A stretch of DNA of 48,375 nucleotides from contig CM119264.1 in assembly GCA_051294375.1 (NCBI GenBank), positions 31,418,667 to 31,467,041 of the forward strand, in the 5' to 3' direction. Made by a program: the position numbers and the translations under genes. Under the pieces are notes generated by a model that was not told the DNA's origin, did not search any database, and worked only from the letters and a program-made list of their open reading frames with translations. Shown here in pieces: positions 41,346 to 48,375 of the stretch. This DNA is from Paraspadella gotoi. Taxonomy: Eukaryota; Animalia; Chaetognatha. Positions within the stretch are counted from its first letter, which is position 1. Every line of letters begins with the position of its first letter.

Positions 41346-43067
41346 CTTTTCCCTTTCTTCTTTTCCCAAATGAATCTCGCTTTGGACGCGAAAACCCGAC
41401 CGCTTTTCTTTCTCTTTTGAATTAATGGTTAAGACTCAGACCATTTATAGTTGACACCCTCCATTAGTGGTCGACACCCATAAGGAGCGGTCGAAACCCC
41501 ATGATTAGTCGCTGTCAAACACATTCTCCAATTTTTGCCCACAATCGCAAAGACAAAACCAAAGTTCTTTTTTCAGTCACAAAAATTTATCACAACAATT
41601 TATCTTTTACTTTAAATTTTCTATTATTTTTATCATTCTTCAAGCAATGTTTCTTTCTCTGTCTCACTACTTATAAAAATGAATGCCACATTGTACAATT
41701 AGCTATTTTGATTCCTTTTTATAATTTTATTAAATCGAATCATTTTTAATCTGGACCAACTTGGCTCAATCCGCGATTCTCACAACTCGTCTCACTTCAC
41801 CTCCATTCACATTAACTCACTTCACTTCACATTAACCCACTTCACCTCACTCTTTAAACTTTTCTTAAAAGAATAAAAACAGTGAAAGACAAAAACCTTA
41901 CATCTGAGGCCAATAAATGAATTTCACCATTTGTGTTACGCCGGTCATGACTTGACACGACCTTGGCCGTTGGACCCAACGACGGGAGGGATCCGAGTCG
42001 TGCCTCCCCCGTTTCACGCGAAGAGAATTCGATCGAATGTGAAGAAGATCATGATTATTTTTAACGTTTGAAACGTCGCGAGAGTGAGAAATTGGCCTCT
42101 CGAAAACCCGCGGACGTTAAACGCTTTTAACTCATAGCGTTGGTGCTTTTTATTATTGTTTTTAAAGTCGTTTCTCATCCCACGTTTTTAACTTTTTAAC
42201 TCTGAAATTAAACTCGTTAATTTCGCGTCGCCATTTTTAATTGTTGAAAATAAACTAACCAACCGTTCCAAAATCCTAACGTCCTTGATAAAGACTAAAG
42301 TCAGCCAATGAAATTGTACAACGAATCGAGAGAGGCACACACAATTTGAGTTTCGTTGAAGATATAAACGCTACGACGACGACGTAGGCCACTGGCGCCT
42401 GTTTGATAATGATAACTCTTCCTATCAGATGGCATCAACAATTCTTAAGAGATGGTATTTGCTTTTTAACAGATGGCATACCGATCTATTTAAACTAGCA
42501 TCGCCTTTATTCAAGTGAGATGGCATCGGTTGTCACCCGATGCCATCCCAATCCCCGTGAGATGGCATCAATTCACGTGAACGACATCTAAGCCTTAAAG
42601 GCTTCACGCTCCACTGATCTCAGTTGGTGTCGTTTCTCTGTTTCACGCAGATTTCGTTTTTTGACGAGTTTATCGCATCGACGTTGACGTTGAATACAGG
42701 GAGATTCTGTGCGAGTCCGATTTTATCTTTATATATTCTTTAATAATATTTATTTCTTCTCGTGATTTAATCTAATTATCATTTTGGTTAATTCTTTTTC
42801 TATTTTTTTTATTAAAATTGAAATTTATGGTTTCTTAATTAACCTATTATCAAATTAGATTTATTTAATCTCATTTGCATGTTTTTAATTTTAATTAATT
42901 TAATATAAAGTCATGGGTTTACGTTGAGTTTAAAAATGTCGCCTATATCTGGTTTTTCCTTGTTTGATGATATTGTTATTATTGTTAATTTTATTGTTCT
43001 TATCATTAATCCCGACGATTCGTCCGATTTTTTTTATCTGATTTTATATTTTTCACGATGGCTTCCT

Positions 43068-43730
43068 GATTGTATCCTCACAGGATTCTTTCCTGATTCC
43101 ATCCTCTCAGGATTCTCTCCTGATTCTATCCTCTCTGACAGGATTCTCTCGTGATTCTATCCTCACAGGATTCTCTCGTGATTCTATCCTCACAGGATTC
43201 TCTCATGTTTCTATCCTCACAGGATTCTCTCGTGATTCTATCCTCTCAGAATTCTCTCCTGATTCTATCCTCAAACGATTCTCAGGTGATTCTATACTCA
43301 CAAGATTCATTTTTTATTCTGTCCTCACTCACTGGATTCTTTCCTCATTATATCCTAACAGGATTCCCTCATGATTCTATCCTCACTTACAGGATTCTTT
43401 CTATCCTCCCAGGATATTTCCCTAATTCTATCTTCAATCACAGGATACTTCCCTGATTCTATGCTCAAAGGACTCTTTCCTTATTCTATCCTCACCGGTT
43501 CTCCCCTGATTCTATCCCCACAATATTTTCTCGTGATTCTATCCTCACTCACAGGATTCTCTCGTGATTCTATCCTCACTCACATGATTCCCTCGTGATT
43601 CTATCCTCACTAACAGGATTATCTGGTGATTCTTTCCTCACAGGATTCTCTCATGATTCTATCCTCACTGACAGGATTCTCTCGTGATTCTATCCTCTCT
43701 CACAGGATTCTTTCCTGATTCTATCCTCTC
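43068..43730. repeat. 27/31-bp minisatellite (GATTCTATCCTCAC[TCAC]AGGATTCTCTCGT)n
   Basis: More than 20 units. Explains the ILSSQDSL ORFs. Confidence 0.94.
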
Positions 43731-44192
43731 GGGTTTTGTTTCTTTTCGATTTTATGTGTTCATTCTCGAGTGAATCATAACTTTTTTAAGGTTACTATTG
43801 TTTTCGTCGTTGATGTTGTTGTTGTTGTCGTAAAACATGAATCTTGGTTTTAACGTAAAAAAGATAAAATCTTATCTTTTGACGTCAAAGCGAAAGGAAA
43901 TTGTTAAGCGGATGATTTAAAAAATCTATATATTATTGATTTCAATAAACTACGACTTTGATCCTCCTCTTAGCCTAATAATATTTAGAGATATTAATTG
44001 AATTTTGTATTTATAAAAGTATATTATATTTGTGAGAATTTCACTTTTATAATTTTTCGCTTGTTCATTTTTGCCTCATTCAAATACATCGTTGCTTCAT
44101 TTTTATTTCATTATTACTTAATTTCATTGGTTCAATTTGTTCAACTAAAATTTCAAAGCCAAAGCTCCCCATATCTCCGAGGGTTAAGAGTG

Positions 44193-44249
<57 letters not shown>

Positions 44250-44357
44250 ACCAATTACGAGGCGTTTACTTGGGTGATTCTTTTTAAGTGTCGCCCGCTG
44301 TAAACCGCGTTTCCCATCAGCGTCAAATACAGAGGGCTTCCGTTTGTCATACTATTT

Positions 44358-44850
44358 TTAGTCGGTTATGCTGACAGCAGATCCCGACTCTACAATCCAA
44401 ATTGTCGGTCCGCCCCCCCCAATTTTGTTGGGCATTCATTTATATCATGTCAGAATATCGAATTATGATAAATTATGCAATGATGTCGTCCATCTTTCTG
44501 TCCGTCCGTCCGTCTGCCCGTCCCGCCTTACCAAAAAAACTCCAATTACTCGTGATTGAATGCATGGATTGGAATGAATTTTGTGTGTGGGTAGGAAAGT
44601 GTATGATTAAGCTGGAAATTAAGTTTCGATGGAATCGTTTGAGTGGAAATGAGTTTAAATGGAAAAAATATATAATTTACTATTTGATCACCAATTGCTT
44701 ATGAGTGGAAGGGGCGATTGACCTGAAATTTTGTATGATGGTAGGAAAGTGTGTGATGAAGCAGGAAATCAAGTTTCGATAGAATCGTTTGAGTGGAAAT
44801 GAGTTTAAATGGAAAAAAAACCGGTTTTACTAATTGATTATGCTTATTTT
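44358..44850 (+). mobile_element. HINE copy C, 3'-truncated
   Basis: TTAGTCGGTTATGCTGACAGCAGATCCCGAC start, (GTCC)n at ~44500-44525, two ~150-bp internal units. Confidence 0.75.
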
Positions 44851-46191
44851 TAGTAGGGGAAGTCGCAGTCAATGGGGAGAGTCAAAAATTTATTCATTTT
44901 TAAGTTTACTTTCAATTGACAAACAAATTCTTATATTGATCTATATTATCTATATATATTTTTAGTCGGATCTGCTTTCAGCAGATCCCGACTCTATAAT
45001 TCACTTTGTCGGTCAGTCGGTCCGTCCCCTCAATCTTGACAGGCATTCACTTACATCATGTCAGTTAATTAATTAATCGATTAATTAATTAATTAATTAA
45101 TTTTAATATTTAATAATTAATAATAAATTTATATACACTTATCATCATCGATGTCCTTAAAATAAAGTAAATGTGACTTATATTTTTTCCATTTAAACTC
45201 ATTTCCACTGGCACAATTCCGTCAAAACTTTATATCTCGCTTCTTCACAAACTTTCCTTCCTGCTCACAAAATTTCATCTCAATCTATTATGGGTTAAAA
45301 TAATTAAAAAGAGTCAAGTAAATGTGACTCATATTTTTTTCATTTAAACTCATTTCCACTCGTACCGAAACTTCATATCAAGCTTCGTCACACATTTTCC
45401 TACCCACACACAAAATTTGAACTCAATCTATGCATCCAATTATGATTAATTAGAGTATTTATTGGTTAAAATAAGTAAAAAGGTTTTAGTAAATGCGACT
45501 TATGTTTTTTCCATTTAAACTCATATCCACTCACACGATTCCGTCGAAACTTTATATCCAGCTTCATCACACATGTTCCTACCCATACACAAAATTTCAT
45601 TCCGATCCAACCAGCCAATCACGAATTATTTGGGATTTTTGCTAAGGTGGGACGTATGGACGGATTGATTGACTGATTAATTAATTAGTGATGAATTAAT
45701 TGACTAATTGATTAATTAACTGATTAATTATTTGATTTATTAATACATCCTGCATATACATTTAATATAAAAGGAAAAAAAATCATAATCAATTAGTGAA
45801 ACAGGTTTTTTGTTTTTTTCCATTTAAACTCATTTCCACTCAAACAATTCCATCGAAACTTGGTTTCCTGTTCAATCACACACTTTCCTACCCACATACA
45901 AACTTCCAGGTCAATCGCCCCATCCACTCATGATCAAATTATATTCAAATAATCATATTCAAATAGTGAATTATATTTTTTTGTTTTTTCCATTTAAACT
46001 CATTTCCACTCGGATGATTCCATCGAAACTTTATATCCAGCTCAATCACACACTTCCCTACTCACACACAAAATTTCATTCAAATCCATCCATCCAATCA
46101 CGAGTAATTGGTGTTTTTTGCTAAGGTGGGACGGACGGACGGACGGAAGGACGGACGGACGGACGGACATCGTTTTTTTTGCATAATTTAT

Positions 46192-46355
46192 TTATATTTA
46201 TTTTTAACAAAACAATTTTTCTATGACGCCTAAGAAGGCTTGTAAACTAAAGCCGAAACATGTACGTCCTTATGTACTAATAAAATCGTTGTTGCAAATA
46301 AACTCAAACTTATTTCTACTAATCCAAACACAACGAAAAGAAAGGAAATTCGCTA
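46192..46355 (+). mobile_element. 164-bp hammerhead-bearing insertion (Penelope-like solo pLTR or truncated copy) with 12-bp TSD
   Basis: Flanked by TGCATAATTTAT at 46180-46191 and 46356-46367. The homologous site is single-copy and uninterrupted in copies B (~24727) and C (~44468). Confidence 0.8.
46225..46268 (+). ncRNA. Minimal type I hammerhead ribozyme motif with a variant first core strand
   Basis: GACG CCTAAGA A GGCTT-GTAAACTA-AAGCC GAAA C-AT-G T A CGTC (GUA triplet). The core is CCUAAGA instead of CUGANGA. Shares the downstream AATAAAAT..TTGTTGCAAATAAA with the 34426 copy. Confidence 0.68.
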
Positions 46356-47374
46356 TGCATAATTTATCATAATTCGATGTTCTGACATGATATAAGTGAA
46401 TGCCCAACAAGATTGAGGGGGCGGACCGACGGACCAACAAAGTGAATTATAGAGTCGGGATCTGCTGAAAGCATATCCGACTAATAATTAATAACCGCTA
46501 ATTATTGTTTGCAGATCCGACATTGTTTGCTCAAACTTGTTTTATCTTTCGTTTTATTTCGTTGTCGTTTAAAAAAAGTTGAATAGGATGTAACAGATGT
46601 TTACAATTTATGCTTTGTCCACACCTCAGTTCAAAATTATTGGCTTTAGACTGTAACTGTCGTTTTCCTCGTCTTGACTGTTGTTCACTGTCGTCTTCAT
46701 CGACTGTTGTTCACTGTTTATTCCTTCAATTTCAGAGTGAAGAGCCAAAGCAACGATTGACTTCAGTCTTCATGTTTGTTTACTCTCATCCATTTTGCTC
46801 AAAGGGTCGACACCAAAAGAGGGAACCAATGGGAGCATTGCAATCATAGCTTTATAGCATCAGAGCCACGAGCAACATGGATCCTTGGAACCATTCAACA
46901 ATAACACAGCCACAAATTCTCTCGCAATGGCACATTTCTTTTCCATTTCCATTCTATCTTTAGTTTTAGCTTTCTTTCATTCTTTCACTTTTTCTTTCCA
47001 TTTTATTCTCTTTCTTTTTTACTTTCACTTTTTATTTTCTCATTTCCATTTTTATTCTTTGTCTCTTTTTCTTTTACTTAAATAATTTTCGTCATAATTT
47101 ACGTTAAAGCAAATTTCTCTCTTATCTTTTTCTCTCACCTTTTCTGTTTTTCCAATTTTCTCTTCTTCCATTTTTATCTTTAAAAAAAGTAATCTCTGCC
47201 TCTCTCTCTCTCTCTCTCCCTCCCTCTCTCCCTGTCTCTCTCCCTCTTCCCCTCCCTCTCTTCTCTCTCTCTCTCTCTGCTTCTAATCTCTCCAGGTTTA
47301 AATCTGAGGCCAGCCACACGAGCAACTGCGTTTCCTCAAAATGGCGACTTTAATTTTCAACGTTTTGCCTCCAG

Positions 47375-47414
<40 letters not shown>

Positions 47415-48335
47415 TTCTTTTTATTTCTTTATTTCTTTTTTCTTTGATTAATTAATGATTAAAAATATTACTAGAATGTACGAAATATGATGTATGTGGT
47501 GTTAACGAAGAAATATAATATATATTAACTATCATATTAGAAACAAATAAATTAGATTATGAACCACGAAAACTTCCCCCACACACACACACACACAACA
47601 CACACACACACACGACACATCACACACCACACCTCGACACACCAACACACACAACAAACAAAAACAACAACAACAACAACAACAACGAACGACGGACGAA
47701 GACAGTTTCTTCTTTTACTATTAACTTTAACGAAGAACAACATACGTTTTCTCGCCTGATAATTCAGAGTCTTTTGGCGCCTGATTATTCAAACGAAACT
47801 TTGCCTGCCGCAGTTTTACTACAGTTTTGTCGCCTGAGAGGCGATAAGCCTAACGAGAGAGAGAGAGAGAGAGACAGAGAGAGAGCGAGNNNNNNNNNNN
47901 NNNNNNNNNNNNNNNNNNNNNNNNNNNNNNNNNNNNNNNNNNNNNNNNNNNNNNNNNNNNNNNNNNNNNNNNNNNNNNNNNNNNNNNNNNNNNNNNNNNN
48001 NNNNNNNNNNNNNNNNNNNNNNNNNNNNNNNNNAAAGAGAAGAAAATTACTAAAAAGTTGGGAGGAGAAGGTAGGAAGGGAGGAGGTAAGAAAAGAAGAG
48101 AGGTGTTAAAAAGAAAAGAGAGAAGTTAAAAAGAGAAGGAGGAGTTAAAAAGAGAAGGGAGGAGTTAAAAAGAGAAGGGAGNNNNNNNNNNNNNNNNNNN
48201 NNNNNNNNNNNNNNNNNNNNNNNNNNNNNNNNNNNNNNNNNNNNNNNNNNNNNNNNNNNNNNNNNNNAGAAGGGAGGAGTTAAAAAGAGAGGAGTTAAAA
48301 AGAGAAGAGAGAAGTTAAAAAGAGAGAGAGGAGTT

Positions 48336-48375
48336 AACAAGTTTGAGCAAACAATGCCGGATCTGCCTACGATAA
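48336..48375 (-). mobile_element. 3' terminus of another HINE copy, continuing beyond the window
   Basis: AACAAGTTTGAGCAAACAATGCCGGATCTGC is the reverse complement of the family 3' end, abutting a ~21-bp GAGAAGGGAGGAGTTAAAAA array. Confidence 0.75.

Larger units (their letters stand above)
45775..46484 (-). mobile_element. HINE copy E (5' portion), inverted and nested in copy D
   Basis: Reverse complement of the copy B/C 5' region: GTCGGGATCTGCTGAAAGCATATCCGACTAA ending 46484, (GGAC)n at ~46129-46168, two internal units. Confidence 0.78.
44962..46541 (+). mobile_element. HINE copy D (both termini) containing inverted segments of its own family
   Basis: 5' TTAGTCGGATCTGCTTTCAGCAGATCCCGAC and 3' GCAGATCCGACATTGTTTGCTCAAACTTGTT (46511-46541). 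Interior 45160-45665 and 45775-46484 are minus-strand family sequence. Confidence 0.75.

Noticed and set aside
44306-44328. Minus-strand TTTGACGCTGATGGGAAACGC, a 13-bp match to the first hammerhead
   Set aside because: No stem II, A9 missing, no CGTC partner for stem I and no AATAAA tail. Chance or an unrecoverable remnant.

Overview
AT-rich, microsatellite-dense eukaryotic sequence, most consistent with an invertebrate animal, from a gappy draft assembly. No protein-coding gene is supportable: the long ORFs are translations of simple repeats, minisatellites or N runs. The real structure is mobile and repetitive. (1) A family of non-autonomous Helentron-associated (HINE/DINE-1-like) elements, 5' TTAGTCGGATCTGC...GCAGATCCGAC-hairpin-CTTGTT 3', occurs in about 6 full or partial copies plus a related mini-element, and carries internal tandem repeats. 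(2) Two related minimal type I hammerhead-ribozyme cassettes of the Penelope-like kind show stem II covariation. One is a 164-bp insertion with a perfect 12-bp target-site duplication inside a HINE; the other sits inside a foldback element. (3) Two foldback/MITE-type elements with long inverted arms. (4) Two multi-kb inverted duplications (5113-9142/11703-15640 and 27356-29635/29873-32586) each end at a foldback-element terminus and are associated with exact 25-N gaps, so they may be assembly artefacts. (5) Many unrelated minisatellites, several with a hairpin in each unit.
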